Assembly: GCA_030295235.1 (NCBI GenBank)
Contig: AP026132.1
Location: 124,001-188,000 of the forward strand
Length of the DNA: 64,000 bases
DNA from: Fistulifera solaris
Lineage: Eukaryota
Direction of reading: 5' to 3'
In this document: in pieces, positions 23,857 through 37,480 of the stretch
How positions within the stretch are numbered: position 1 is the stretch's first letter
Layout: the number at the start of each line of letters is the position of its first letter
Notes under the pieces: model-generated
Seen by the model: the letters and a program-made list of their open reading frames with translations, nothing else
Database searches by the model: none
Told to the model about the DNA's origin: nothing
Position numbers and translations under genes: made by a program

Positions 23857-24357
23857 TTATGACTGAAATGCAGTCATGGTCTCCTTGAACCATCACTTTG
23901 GGTCTATAGTAAAATCCGGAAGACAACGTTTCGCAAGACTCTTCGACGTAAAATAGAATGACGTGTAATGCAAACGCTGCTAAAGCCTATTGCATTGTAA
24001 CACGACACATGGAGCTTAAAAACTGGCTGAACGAACGAATAGGCAGCACTATCGCTCGAAAGAATATTGATTCATGGCTGAGTTGCAGTCACGGCGAAAT
24101 GCGGACAACGCACTCTGGTCCATAGTAAGTACTCCGTACACGGGAGACAACGTTTCGCAAGACTCTGCGACGTAAAATAGAATGACGTGTAATGGAAACG
24201 CTGCTAAAGCTTATTTCTATGCAACAACGATAAATATATTTAAGACATTTTACTGAACGAACGTATCGTAGGCAGCATGGTCGCTCGTAAGAATTTGATT
24301 CATGACTGAATTGCAGTCGTGGAAAATTTGAGATACACTTTGTACTATAGTAAATAC
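23857..24357. repeat. Two diverged ~215-228-bp tandem units bounded by three copies of the conserved box
   Basis: agacaacgtttcgcaagactc..cgacgtaaaatagaatgacgtgtaatg..aaacgctgctaaagc repeated at 23921 and 24145; boxes at ~23857, 24071, 24299. Confidence 0.9.
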
Positions 24358-24746
24358 TGTTGTATTATTAGGAGGCAGACGGAAATTCTGAACTGCTGTG
24401 TGTTCTCGCAATTAACGACGCTCTTCTTTTCTTTCACAGAGGCTGCTGTTGCCATGAACGTGACTTGAAAAATGGGTGTTCTGAACTCCTTCCATTGATT
24501 GCCCGTTGATCTTGGTGCTGTTGTCACCTTTCCAGCTACTACATGCAAAAAGGAAATGTAGTGCGTATTTGGTGCGTATAGAACCCCGATGCAAACTCGT
24601 GATTGATGGTCTCGTGACCCGTTGAAGTTGTGACTTTTATTTCTGCGCCTCGCATCGCTTTGGATGTCCCACCCGTCTCTTTCGTCTTTTTTACCTCGCA
24701 ATCTCTATCTCGACTCCTCTACGTATTGCATTGAAAGTGAAGAAGT

Positions 24747-27700
24747 ATGTGGAATTTAACAGATTTGGCGAAACGAGCCCAAGAATTGCAAGAACAAGCC
24801 AATTTAGCGGCTTCGACGTTCTCGGTGGTAAGTCACTTTTGGCGGTGAGCTGTTTTGTTTCTTTCTTATGCCATTTATTGCGCGAAAACAGCACTTGATA
24901 ATGAAGGTTTATCTCACAGATCATTTCCTTCTACGAACATACCATTATCACTCGTCCTTTTTGAAAATACTTGCATTCGACAGACTTCGGGATTTTCATT
25001 GAATTTAGATGCCATGCAACAACAACAACACAACGAAACCACGGCCGCTTCGCCCGCAAGACCCGTCGAAACACCACCGATTCCACCGGACAGTCCAATG
25101 GATGGGACACCACCAATCGCCAACGGGAAAATGCCGGTGCCCCCACCTCAGAAGGAAGAGATTCCGATACCAACGACGGATGCGGAGGAGAACACAATAT
25201 ACGCTTCTAACACTTCAACAGCACCTGAGCCGATTCCTACAGGTAGCTCGGATCTCCCCACTACATCAGCATCCGAAATCACGGAGGATTCTGTTGCCGT
25301 ACAAAGTGAGATGGACACGAAGAATCAGGACACCGAAATACCGATCACAATACCCAATAATACTGATGAAGTTGGAGAGGACGTAAAACCGATTGAGCAA
25401 CATCCTGCCGAAATTGAAACGACGACTGAGAAAATTGAGGCAGACGAAATAAACGAAAGTCCGGATGAGACGGCACACGAAACAGCGTTGCCTACAAATG
25501 AATCCAGTCCACCAGTCATTCCAGAACGCTCGCCGCAAACGACAGTCCATTTACCGATAACAGAAACTAAGAAGCAATCACTGGTTCTCCTGGTATCGTC
25601 TTCCAATCAGTCGTTTCAGACAGCTCAAAACGCGACCGACACACTGTTACAATCCCGAAATATTCCGTACGAAACAATCGATATTGCAGACAAAGAAGCA
25701 AAAATAATGATTGATGATTTGCTTTCCGTGTCAGGGATCTCGGATGAATGTCCTCAGTTTTTCCTAGTCGATTTAACGACGGGGGAGGCGACATTTTGGG
25801 GTGACTACAGTCGATTTCAGAAATCAGTAGACAATAATCTGCTTGAAAAGGAGTTGTTTGGAAATCTACTTGACGAGGTTACTGAGTCCTCTCCTGAGAT
25901 TGACAATCCAACGATTAGCGAGTCAAAAGCAACAGAAAGCTCGTCACCAGAAGATGCCTTGCCGAATGGATCCCCAGAAAGCTTACTTGAACAATTCACT
26001 TTGCAACTTAAGCGACTCGAAGAGAATCACCAAGCAGAAATGTTAGATACCGAACGACGTCACGCACAGGAAATAGAATCGATCAGATCCTCTTTTAACC
26101 ACGATGAATGCGAGGCGACCCGGTTGCAATTAGAAGAACGGTTGATGGCTCAAATTCGGGAGAAAGAAGAACGCTTGCACGATGTCATGAAGAGGAATGA
26201 GGGATATCAATTGAAGCTAGATGTTTTGAAACGAGAAGTGGAAGGTACACAGGCTTTACTGGAAGCAAAGAAAGCAGATATGGGGAAATTCAGCGAAGAA
26301 AATTTGAAACATTTACGATTGTGGGAGAAAAGGGTAAATGAAGCAGAAGCGGAAATTGCGAAAGCGAAAGAGCACAGCAAGATGTTGGAAACTTCACTGG
26401 AAGATTCAAGAAAAGAGTTGTGTGTCGCCCTTGAACAACACGAAAAGTCACGCGGAAGGCTAAAAGAATTGGCGATTGAATTGAAAGCCCGTAGAGCAGA
26501 GTGCAGGCAGCTTCAAAACACTATCGATGAGATAACTAAGGAAAAAAAGCGCTTTGATCTCACAAGTTGAAGGTCTTGAATTTCAGCTTTCGGACAGAGA
26601 CAGAAGCGGATCGGAACGGTATGAAGAAATCGAAAAACTGCGCACGGAATTGTCGGTGGCGACAGCGGAAGTTGATAAATTGCAGAAGATCGTGAATGAC
26701 AAAGACGCTGACAACGAGAGAGTCCTTGCAGAGTACAAGAGAAAAACTCAAAGTGCTCTTGCCATGGCTAATTCGAGAACCGCATCTGCAATACAATCTA
26801 AGGAGGAAGCAGAGTTAGAAGCGCGAGCAGCGCGAAGTACAGCTGATTCCGCAATGGAGCGCGTTGTTCAAGCGGAGTTGACGAGTAAGGCTGCCGTTGT
26901 CGAGGCTCAGGCAACAGTAAAAGCCATGGCACTTGAAAGGGACGCGGCTTTGAAAAAACACGAAGAGTCCGTTGCTGTTCTTGAAGCAAAAACTGCGAGA
27001 ATAGAGCAGCTTCAAACTGAGCTTGTAGAGGCACTTGCTACTTTGAAAGGAAAAGAGGATGAGCTTGCAAAGCTATCATCAGACCTGTCAAACGAAAAAA
27101 CGACATCTTTGTCTTACCAAAAAGACCTCGTAGACTTGAATGCACGTATAAGTCTACTACGCGAAGAAGTAAAAACTCTGCGAGAAAAATTACGACACGC
27201 TGAAGATGCAGCTCCTTCACAAGCAGACCAACCTGATGATAAGAAACCTTCATTACAAAATGACGCGCAGTTGAGCAAAGAGGCCATTAATAGTAGTGCG
27301 GTTTCAATACTTCAGCAAGAGCTACGGGAGGCCAATCAGGAGATAACTGAATTGAAAGAAGCGTTGCAGAACGCTGTAGACATGAACGATAAAAACAAGA
27401 TGAATCAGGGGGAGGACACAGTTACAGCTGCAAGTACCGAATCCGACGGCCACGGAAACACTAATGGTAGCAACGACTCTATCCCTCTGTTTTACGCTAT
27501 GGAAAAGCAAGCTGAGCTAAATGTAGCTCGAAATGAAATAACACGCTTAGCTAATCTCCTTTCCAATGCACAGGCACAAAAAATGGAAGCTTTTGAAAAT
27601 GCCGAAGAGATGCGCAGGAAGATGGAAGATGCCGAAGCGCGATTAAAGCGTTTTGAAAAGCTTCGCCCGTCTTCAGGACGTGAAAGCACCGGTGATGCAC

Positions 27701-27975
27701 CAGATATCAGCACGCCTTCTCTTGAAGACAGCGGCGCTGTAAATATTGAATACCTGAAAAATATCATGCTCCGTTATCTCAATGCTACTTCGCTCTCGGA
27801 GAAGAGAGCACTGGTACCTGTCGTTGGAGCAGTGCTTTGTCTTACTAAGGAAGAACAGCAAAAAGCAATAGCTAGTCTCGAAGAGAGTGCTTCCATAGGG
27901 GGAGTAGGCAGCACGCTTTTTGGAAACATTCAGCGGAAAACTCATTTCGAAATAGATCATACTCGGAGTAAATAA
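24747..27975 (+). CDS. GRIP-domain golgin-like coiled-coil protein with internal SH3BGR/glutaredoxin-like domain
   Basis: Probable exon 1 MWNLTDLAKRAQELQEQ...|gtaag; long heptad coiled coil; C-terminal NIEYLKNIMLRYL..LVPVVGAVLCLTKEE (GRIP); +1 indel in A-run at ~26545. Confidence 0.85.
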
Positions 27976-28093
27976 TTTTGGCTACTGTAATAGCATCTTT
28001 GAGTATTTCGTCATTATAAACTTTAGAAAGTAGTCTTATTGATAGTGGGCAATTCGAACATACAAATGAATTATAAAAATAATCAACAATTTC

Positions 28094-29841
28094 TCAGTGG
28101 TTGCAAGTCGACCCATGAATACGAGACCAGATTTTGTCAAAGAAAACCTTTCTCCAGCCAGGCTCGAGTCTCGGCGATTTTCCCTTTTCTTCCTTGAGAG
28201 TAAGAAGTTGGTCTTTGATCTGCGAAGGGCACTTCCGGCATTTTAGAAGATGAGCGTGAATGTTCTGCGACGTCGAGTTCGTCGCAAGACTTTTGGCTGT
28301 GATAGGAAAGTACTTCCCCAAGCCGGCGTGGCCGTTACAATGGCGGCACTGAAATCCTGGGTAGCCGACAGGTCCTTTGGACCGAGCAACAAAGCGGTCG
28401 GCTTCCGTGAAGTGGCAACCTTCAACTTGGCGCATCAAAAAGTACACGTAAGGAGGAACCATCTCCACGTCCTCAGGATAAACAATATGTTCACCATCCT
28501 GAATCGATTTCATCTCGTTCTGGCCAATGCCATTCCTTTGCTGGGCAAGTCGAGCTTCCCCACTGGACATACCGGATGGTTGAGAAAACACCAACATCTG
28601 TCGTTGGTCCACAGAGAGGCGGGCAGGATCACGTGCAAAGCGGACGCCTTCCGGCGTTTCAATCAAACCAAGAGCCTTCGCAGAATCGGCCCAATACTGT
28701 CGAGTGCTGGGACTCCATGAGGTCTCCGTTTGGAGTTCTTTCAACTTCGCCTTTACGTCGACTGGAATCTCGCAGCATTGTTCGACGTGGACACACTGCC
28801 AGCGCTGGACACAGTCGAAGATGTCTGTCAGAGTCGTCGGATAAGTAACAGCAGCTTCTTGTTTTTCTGTTTCCGGTTGAGTTTTGCAAAACGACAGCAA
28901 ATGCCGACCTGATATGCGGCAACGGATTTGGATACATCATGGCTAACTTCCTCTTTAGCAGAAGCAACTGCAAAGGCTTCCACACATCGTTCCCTGATGA
29001 AGCAACATGAAGGACTAAGCCAATCCGCATCACGATCTTTCATGGCGAGTGAAAGACTTCCTGCAAACCAGTGTCCAGCCGCCGCAAAGGATTGACGCCC
29101 TGGAGATTGGGGCGAAACGAACGAATTTCTCAGGACTGGTTGTTGGAGTCGTTGATCCGAGTACATGGGTGACGCAGGAGGAATACCCCAAGGCCCCGCA
29201 GTTTTGCGAGCTTCATACGCTAGCCGGGCCCGACAACCTTGCTCATGGGCGCAGGCTGCTTGGTACGTTGGAAACGCTGCCACGTTACAGTAGTCACAAA
29301 CCCACGGACCCGGAGAGGGAGGAACCGAAGGATGTCTATGAAATGAATGAAACGGAGGATGATTTCGGTTCAAAAGCCACGGCGCCGGAGGGCTTCTCAT
29401 GGGCGTTTGCATCATAACAGGTGGGAACGCCGGCGGCATTGCGGGAGGGGGTCCCACGCGCGGAGGAAACGAGTATCTCCGCGGCCCCATTCGAATGTTG
29501 GGCGCAAATGTGACGCGTCGACTCAGGGGCGATCGCACCTCGGGTGACAAGGGGGCACTCTCATTTTTGGGCGACCGCGCTTCCCACGAAAAGATGCTGC
29601 CTTCATCCACGCTCTCGGTTTCTCGACTCATGGTATGAACAATGTTTGGCTTGTCTCGTTCTTCCGGCTCAAAGTTTGTCCCGGCCAGAGAAGCGAGAGC
29701 AAATGCAGATGCCAACTCACTCGCACCGACCTGTGCGTCGTCTTTCGGCGTCTTTTGGACCTTGTTCGCGGGCATTGTCATCGTTTCATCATCCTCATCT
29801 CGTTCCTTGCGTTTTTCAACGCGAAAAGGTAGCACATTCAT
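28094..29841 (-). CDS. Uncharacterised diatom-type protein with repeated Cys/His (CxxC) domains, putative nucleic-acid binding
   Basis: WVCDYCNVAAFPTYQAACAHEQGC; two related domains VGICCRFC...YWADSAKALGL and GFQCRHC...HLLKCRKCP; indel in T-run ~28890. Confidence 0.7.
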
Positions 29842-30580
29842 GATCAATTGTTGTGCAATAGCCAAGTCCTAATCGAAGTAGAACAGGGAGTGAAACAAAA
29901 TGATGCGAGGACCACAACCTGTGGGCAAAAAACCTTGCATCGTTTCATGGATCCGTTTCTACCCAAGTTTTCAACTGATGATAGATAGAACGGCTTTGGT
30001 ACTTGGGGAAGAGTGAAATTTTTGCGAGAGTATGCGTTGATGATTTGTATTTCAAGAAAGGGTGCGCCGAATTTTGTGCAACGACTGTAGATGAAGAAAA
30101 TGTCGCCCCCTGTCTTGAGTTGGGCGCGCCAAACAAGTTTTGTATCATGCATTTGAATTGAAATACTTAAGAAATCGCAAGATTTCGCGGATTTATTGGA
30201 CACGATAATACACCAAGCAATTTGGAGTTAAGCGTTATTAAAGCGTTAATGAAGAGCCGTTGCTCGTCCGTTCTTGAGCAGTCAAGACTATAAGTACTCT
30301 TTTATGTATTACGTCATGCTTATGAATAAGCCTACGGGACTGAAGAACGCGCTTTTTTTCTTGAGCGTTCCTCGTCCCGCCAGTCTGTCCGTCGTAAGAA
30401 CAAGATGCAGCTGTTTTGTTAACCTTACCGTGATGAAATATGAAAGTGGGTGCGCAACGCAACACAACAGTTCCATTTTGCAGTTCACTCCTATTATTTG
30501 TTTAAACTGTATCTAACACCCCCAAAGCAAGTTTATTTCTATCACTAAAACCCTTACAGAAAAGAAGAAAGAAGGCAACA

Positions 30581-31285
30581 ATGGACGTCGAAGAAGCAAC
30601 TGTCAACTTGGTGAGTCATTTTTGTCGAAAGCGGAAAAGATTTCGATGCGCTGCTCTGCAATGCGCGGTACTAACTCTTTTTTGTTTTCTTTTGCTATTC
30701 TTTATAGATTAGCAAAGACGGAGATTCGTTCCCTGTCTCGATCGGTGTCGCGAAAATGTCGGAATTAGTTCGCAGCATGATGGATGGTAAGAAGAATTGC
30801 AATGAGAAGCTTTCTGTTCTTGTTATTTGAGATCTTTTTCCTTTTGATAGAAACTCAACAGACTCACACTTCCATTTCTCACCACAGAGGACGAAAATGA
30901 AGACGAAAACAGCTCCATGGAAATCCCTCTGCCGAACGTCAAGTCGGAGGTTCTCCAGAAAGTCATTGAGTTCTGCCAGCACCACTTGGCCGAACCCATG
31001 AACGAGATTGAAAAGCCCCTCAAGAGTCAAAAGATGAGCGATGTCGTGCAAAAGTGGTACGCGGACTTTGTTGAACTCGAACAAGTCCTGCTCTTTGAAT
31101 TGATTCTCGCGGCCAACTACATGGATATCAAGCCGTTGCTGGATTTGACCTGTGCGACCGTCGCGAGCATGATCAAGGGCAAATCTCCCGAAGATATTCG
31201 TGCGACCTTCAATATTACCAATGATTTTTCTCCGGAAGAGGAAGCACAAGTCCGTGAAGAGAACAAGTGGTGCGAGGATGCGTAA
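30581..31285 (+). CDS. SKP1: S-phase kinase-associated protein 1, 3 exons
   Basis: [68 protein letters not shown]; introns ~30611-30708 and ~30788-30887. Confidence 0.97.
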
Positions 31286-31451
31286 ATTTGTAGGAGTCTT
31301 GTCTATTGGAAGACTTGTGGGTTGATGGACTTTCTATCTCGCTGGGGCGATAGGTGAGCTATATTCGCTTGTGCTTTTCTGAGAAGTGAATCAACTATAT
31401 TGACGCAATAAGGATCGAATATTTATACATATGAACTCTAGAAAAACGTCT

Positions 31452-33263
31452 CTACATTTTAGCGGGCCGTATGCACATGTACGTTTCTTCCGGAGGAAAA
31501 TCTTCTGCTACAAACGCACCATCCAAAAACGATTCACGTCTCCTCGTTTGACTAGGGGTACCACTAACCCATCTTCAACACGCTGTATTCGTCGACTGTA
31601 GATTTCGGGATAGGTCAGTATTAGTTCACGTCGTCTCTCTTTTCCATCATGCTTCCATGCACCTAATTGAAAATGAACCTGGTGTCGATCCTTCCAACGC
31701 AAAAAAGAACGCGGAGCCAGCATTTGAAAATGATGATCGCGCATCTCATCATTCGTCAGCACCAACGTTCCAGGACCGGCTACCAGTGCCGCTTGCATCC
31801 AAAACCAATCATCATTCATGTCGCGGGGTGTCTGATACAGTAGGCCGTGGTCCATCCATCGTTGCACGAGTGGTTGGACACTTTCGGGCATGAAATGACG
31901 TGCGAAATGGCGGCAATGCATCACCAATAATACTGACTTTCCTTGCTCGAGAAAATGCTGCACGGCCCAATTAATTTGATGGTAATCGACGTGTTTCGGA
32001 GAACCGGGAAAGTTGGTTTCAAAATAGCCGACGTTCGCACCATCAATGACCACATCAATCGTCTGACCGTCCGACAATCGTCGTGATAAATAATCTGTGA
32101 ACTGTTTCCAACATTGTTGTCGTTCTCCTGTATTCAAGACCGTCTTTTTCCGACCTTTGCGACCACCCTGATAATCTGATGTGTCGTTTTCCAATTTCCC
32201 CGAACTCGCAATCGTTTCGTTCATTTCTTTCATTTGCGCCCAAGCCATGCTGGACAGTTCGACCGGACGCAGTGGCGCGTCTTGTAAACAACCCGATAGT
32301 AATTTACCGGACGATGGATTGATACCGACATTTTCGGATACATCCCAATGAGTGTGACATTGCACCGGTCCAAGTAACACGGCTGGTTCTGCGTGAGGTT
32401 GTATTTCTTGCATCCAGCGATGTATGGTATCATTCTTCTCCGCGAATGCCTCTGGTAGAATCGCAAACTCGGACTGAAACCAGGATCGGATCGCTTGACA
32501 CGTCTCCTGACAAGGTACTAAAATATCTTCTGCCAAATCCGATAGTACACGTTCAAAAACACGTGCGTTCCCTGTCGCCGTAGCACATTGCAATAAATTC
32601 ACATACTCCTTTTCCGATAAAACGAGTCCTTGTTGCGACAATCGATGCCATACCCGTACCGCCGCTCCCAAATCTCCTTCATGACAGTACGCCAACAATG
32701 TCGCGGAATACAACCGCAATTTCGGCTTGCATTGAGCCACCTGTTCGGCTTCGGCCAAGAGTTCTTCCGCACGCGTCGTATCCTGGACTTTGAGGTGCAC
32801 TTTGATCAAGGCCGAATAGGCCGTTTCCGTGAGGGGGAATCCGAGTGATTGCATATGCTCGTAAAGACGTTTGGCATAGTTCAAACGCGTTTCAAGGTCG
32901 ACTACCGCATCTGGGAATGGTTGGGTCGTGGGTTTGCCTTTTCCGGCCGATTGTGAATTGTTTTGTGTTGCCTTGGGTGTGCCGACGTGCAAACTTCGTT
33001 GACCAAGACCATCGCATAAACTCAGTAGATTGTAAAAGGATTGGGCTTCAATTTTCAAACTGCTTTGACATGCTTCTTCATAGGCCTTTATGGCCTTTTA
33101 GTAGATCATTGTTGGAACAACAATCTTGCACCAGACGGCGAAAGGCGAGAACGTCCGGCTCCACTTTTTTGTTGCCGATCTTGGGCTTCTTTGTCTCAAT
33201 TATAGAGTCCTTGGCGGGTCGTTTCTGTCCCGCCGTACTGCTACAACGATTTGGATCTGTCAT
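31452..33263 (-). CDS. PRORP: Proteinaceous RNase P (PPR + NYN domains)
   Basis: PPR-like helices (PKLRLYSATLLAYC); NYN motifs VVIDGANVG, NDDWFWMQAAL, LTNDEMRDH; indels near 33075 and 31525. Confidence 0.92.
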
Positions 33264-33604
33264 CTTCGTAGAGTTTTAATAAAACTTTCCGTGTTCTTAG
33301 GATGTCAGAAGGAAAAGCTTTCTCTTCGACATGCTTCATTTTTTTCGTTTTTGTTCGTTCAAGCGAAAAAATTCGTGGATCGCAAGGAGCTGCATTACTA
33401 TAGCGTAATGTGTAGCTCTGGACGAGACGGAACCCAACTCGATTGCAATCCCGGCAATGGTCAACCTTGTTTTTTTGATTTCATTTAGTATAGTAAAAGG
33501 AACAAAGGATGGTACTGCAGTCGAAATTGCTTTGTTGTGATGTCAAAGGCGACGTTTGGTTTTTGTGAAAGGCATCGCGACAAATGAAACAATTGTGATT
33601 TGTG

Positions 33605-34595
33605 ATTCATGACCTACTGTACAATCCAGTCTTGGCTGGCGTAAACTAACACTCCGTTTCATAATAAAAATTCAAGGTGTCGATCCTCGGATTTTCGACG
33701 TGACAAATAAAAGAAACTCTTAACAAGTACTTCAGAATCATCATTGTTGCGACTTTACTTACCCGTAATTCTAATGATATTCGCAGTTGAATGGCAATGG
33801 ACGGATGCGAGAGACGCAAAACGGTACCCTTTGTTGTTCGGTTCATGACTACTGTACAATCCAGTCTTGGCTGGCGTAAACTAACACTCCGTTTCATAAT
33901 AAAAATTCAAGGTGTCGATCCTCGGATTTTCGACGTGACAAATAAAAGAAACTCTTAACAAGTAGTTCAGAATCATCATTGTTGCGACTTTACTTACCCG
34001 TAATTCTAATGATATTCGCAGTTGAATGGCAATGGACGGATGCGAGAGACGCAAAACGGTACCCTTTGTTGTTCGGTTCATGACTACTGTACAATCCAGT
34101 CTTGGCTGGCGTAAACTAACACTCCGTTTGATAGTAAAAATTCAAGGTGTCGATCCTCGGATTTTCGACGTGACAAATAAAAGAAACTCTTAACAAGTAG
34201 TTCAGAATCATCATTGTTGCGACTTTACTTACCCGCAATTCTAATGATATTCGCAGTTGAATGACAATGGACGGATGCGAGAGACACAAAACGGAACCCT
34301 TTGTTGTTCGGTTCATGACCTACTGTACAATCCAGTCTTGGCTGGCGTAAACTAACACTCCGTTTGATAGTAAAAATTCAAGGTGTCGATCCTCGGATTT
34401 TTCGACGTGACAAATAAAAGAAACTCTTAACAAGTAGTTCAGAATCATCATTGTTGCGACTTTACTTACCCGTAATTCTAATGATATTCGCAATTGAATG
34501 ACAATGGACGGATGCGAGAGACGCAAAACGGAACCTTTGTTGTTCGGTTCATGACTACTGTACAATCCAGTCTTGGCTGGCGTAAGCCAACACCC
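33605..34595. repeat. 235-bp tandem satellite, ~4.2 near-identical units, each containing the conserved box
   Basis: ttcatgactactgtacaatccagtcttggctggcgtaaactaacactccgttt(c/g)ata(a/g)taaaaa at ~33607, 33842, 34077, 34313, 34548. Confidence 0.97.
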
Positions 34596-34832
34596 CGCGT
34601 CATAGACCTCGAGTGAAGTCTCAAGGATTCGCAAAAAATGGCTAAAATGTAGACCTATTTTCACCTCATTTTTTATTTAATTAAAGCTTTGAACAACGAG
34701 CTCTTTAATCTTACCTAATCATTTCAAGTTTCAAGTATTTAATTATCTTCTAATTTATTTATTTATGTATGTTATCAGTGAAGCTTGGATAGACTACTGG
34801 TACCATACTTATTTATCACCAAACAAGATCAG

Positions 34833-37040
34833 TTACGCGAAACCATTATGACGCAACAGGGCATCGGGGCTCGGTTCGCGTCCTCGAAATTGCTTGAACA
34901 CTTCCATGGGATTTTCACCGCCACCCAAACTGAGCACCGTCTCGCGGAATTTCATCCCAATTTGTCTCACGGCCTCTTCATTGTCGAGGCCGACTTCTTC
35001 AAAAGCACTAAATGCATCCGCGCTCATCACTTCCGCCCATTTGTAGCTGTAGTAACCAGCGGCATAGCCGCCCGCAAAAATATGCGAAAAGCTACACAAG
35101 AAGCGATCGTCGGGCAACGGCAACAAATACGGAGTGTACTTGGCCGCCACCCGGTGCTGCACATCGAAAATCGATTCTCCCTCTCCCTTTTCTCCCGCTT
35201 CCGCGTCAAAGCTCGAATGCAGCTCCAGGTCGACTTGTCCAAATACCAGTTGACGACACGACATCATTCCCGCTCCGTACACACGTTGTTGCTTCAACTT
35301 TTGGAACATCTCTTCGGGCATCGGTTCACCCGTTTCCCAGTGTTTCGCGAAACCGTAAATAGTGGCACGATCGTAGCACCAGTTCTCCATGAACTGGGAC
35401 GGAAGTTCGACGGCATCCCATTCCACACCATTAATTCCTGAAACATCTCCAACCGTCACAGTCGTCAGCATATGCTGAAGACCATGGCCAAACTCGTGAA
35501 ACAAGGTTTCGACTTCACGAAAGGTCATCAGAGACGGTTGCGATCCCACTCGGGGGAGAGCCATTGCACGTCAAGTACGCCACAGGCACATGACGGTTCA
35601 CGGCCTCACTTTTCCCAATGCAAACATCCATCCAGGCTCCACCTTGTTTATCTTCTGGACGGGAATACGGATCGAGAAAGAAACTGGCAATATGCTGGTT
35701 CGTTGCTTTGTCGTACACTTTGTAAAAGCTCACATCCGGATGCCACACCTGCGCTTCACCATTGGCAGCTTTGACTTCAATGTTGAAAATGCGCGATACC
35801 AAGGCAAACATACCATCCAAAACCGCCGGCAACGCAAAGTACGGGCGCGTTTCTTCTTCCGTCAATTCGAATTTCGATTCTTTCAATCGTTCACTCCAGT
35901 ACGTGATATCCCACGCTTGTAATTTCTCCAGGTACTCTTCTCCTCCTTGGGCACGGGCCAGAGCGGTAATTTCTTCCAATTCTTGTTCGGCCGCCGGCAA
36001 CGCCCGCGCGGCCACCAAATCGGTCAATTCGGTCACGGCCTCGACACTGGGCGCCATTTTGGAAGCGAGACTCAATTCCGCATAATTGGCAAATCCCAAC
36101 AGCTTTGCCATTTCTGCCTTGAGTTTCAATGTTTCGTAAATGATAGGAATGTTGTTCTTTTCGGCACGGCATTCCGACGCCCGCGACAAGTACGCGCGAT
36201 AAATGGTTTCCCGAATGGTCCGATCGTTCATATGCGACATGACGGCGACGTAGGATGGCATATCGAGCGTGATTCTCCACGGTCCCTGGACCGGATCGAC
36301 CTCGGTTTGAGTAAAAGCCGCATGCGCACCGGCCCACAAGGCCTTGGCACTGTCGGGAACACCTTCAACTTGTGCCGGATCGTCTATCGTCAGTGAATAT
36401 TGCTTGGTTTCATCCAAAACATTGTTACTAAACGTGGTCGACAATTGCGCCAATTTCATTTGAATTTCATTGAATCGTTCCTTGTCGGCACCATCCAATC
36501 CGACACCCCCAATTGCATGGCCCGAAGTGAATTGGATATGGCCCGTTGTTGCGGTCGTGTTGTGCTTTGGATTGTTTGTAAAGCATCAAAGACGGGCTTA
36601 CTTTGCGAGAAACGACTCATGGCTTGTACAATTTTGGGTTGATTCTGTTCGTACGCTTGTCGCAAGGTGTCTCCATTGCGCACACCATTCAAATGTCCGG
36701 CGACACCCCACACGAAACTCAGTGGAAACTGAATGCGTTCGATTTCCGGCAAGACTTGATCGTATGCGGTTGGCTTTTTGGAAGAAGAGAGGCTGTCTTC
36801 CAGAGCGGTAAATTGTTCTTCCATTGCGACCAACAGTGTTTCGACGGCGGGTGTCAAAAATTCCGGTTCGAGTTGTTCAAATTGCGGAAGATCGTCTTGT
36901 AACAAAAAAGGATTGGTCGTTGTAGCAGTTTCGGTCGACGCCGTCGAGAAACGCTTCACTGGGGATCGAGACGCCCCGACCACCGAAAAGGCGTCCGTCG
37001 AGGAGAGCCAAAGAAGCGATGTAGCAACGGTCCATTTCAT
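34833..37040 (-). CDS. Oligopeptidase A (M3 zinc metallopeptidase), plastid-targeted
   Basis: [42 protein letters not shown]; signal peptide + TDA|FSV cleavage; two 1-bp indels (~36505, ~35550). Confidence 0.95.
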
Positions 37041-37480
37041 GATTAAATAGGTTTTATTTTAAAATGATGGTGAAAAAAGTGAATCAAGAGTGAGAAAGAG
37101 AGAACGCTGGAAGGTCAATTCTCTTCCTTCATCGATGATGATCTTTCTCGCTTCTCATCAACAACAAAAACAATTGACGCAACGAGAACGACGTGGAAAA
37201 GGCGCAAAAACGGAGATCTCGTTGACTGTCGACTCCAAAGTAGTGACACATTGACTCCCGAATGTCGCATTCACGGATACGCCGAACACGTCACTCTGCT
37301 GTTGCAGTGTCGGACCGTGATCAGCTGTTTTGCTGACTGTGCAAGATGTCGTTTTTGACTGACGATGATGACAGCAACCCAAAAGCATCGGATCCGAAGT
37401 GTCACTTCGTCGTCTGCCGTGTTATTTATTGTTGACTTACTTGTTACTAGAATTCATCTCTGGTTGTATTACAAAGGAAC

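Noticed and set aside
33646..34664. Repeated 66-aa ORF MNRTTKG.. in the 235-bp array
   Set aside because: Disrupted by indels in one unit, no motif; more simply non-coding satellite, though not formally excluded
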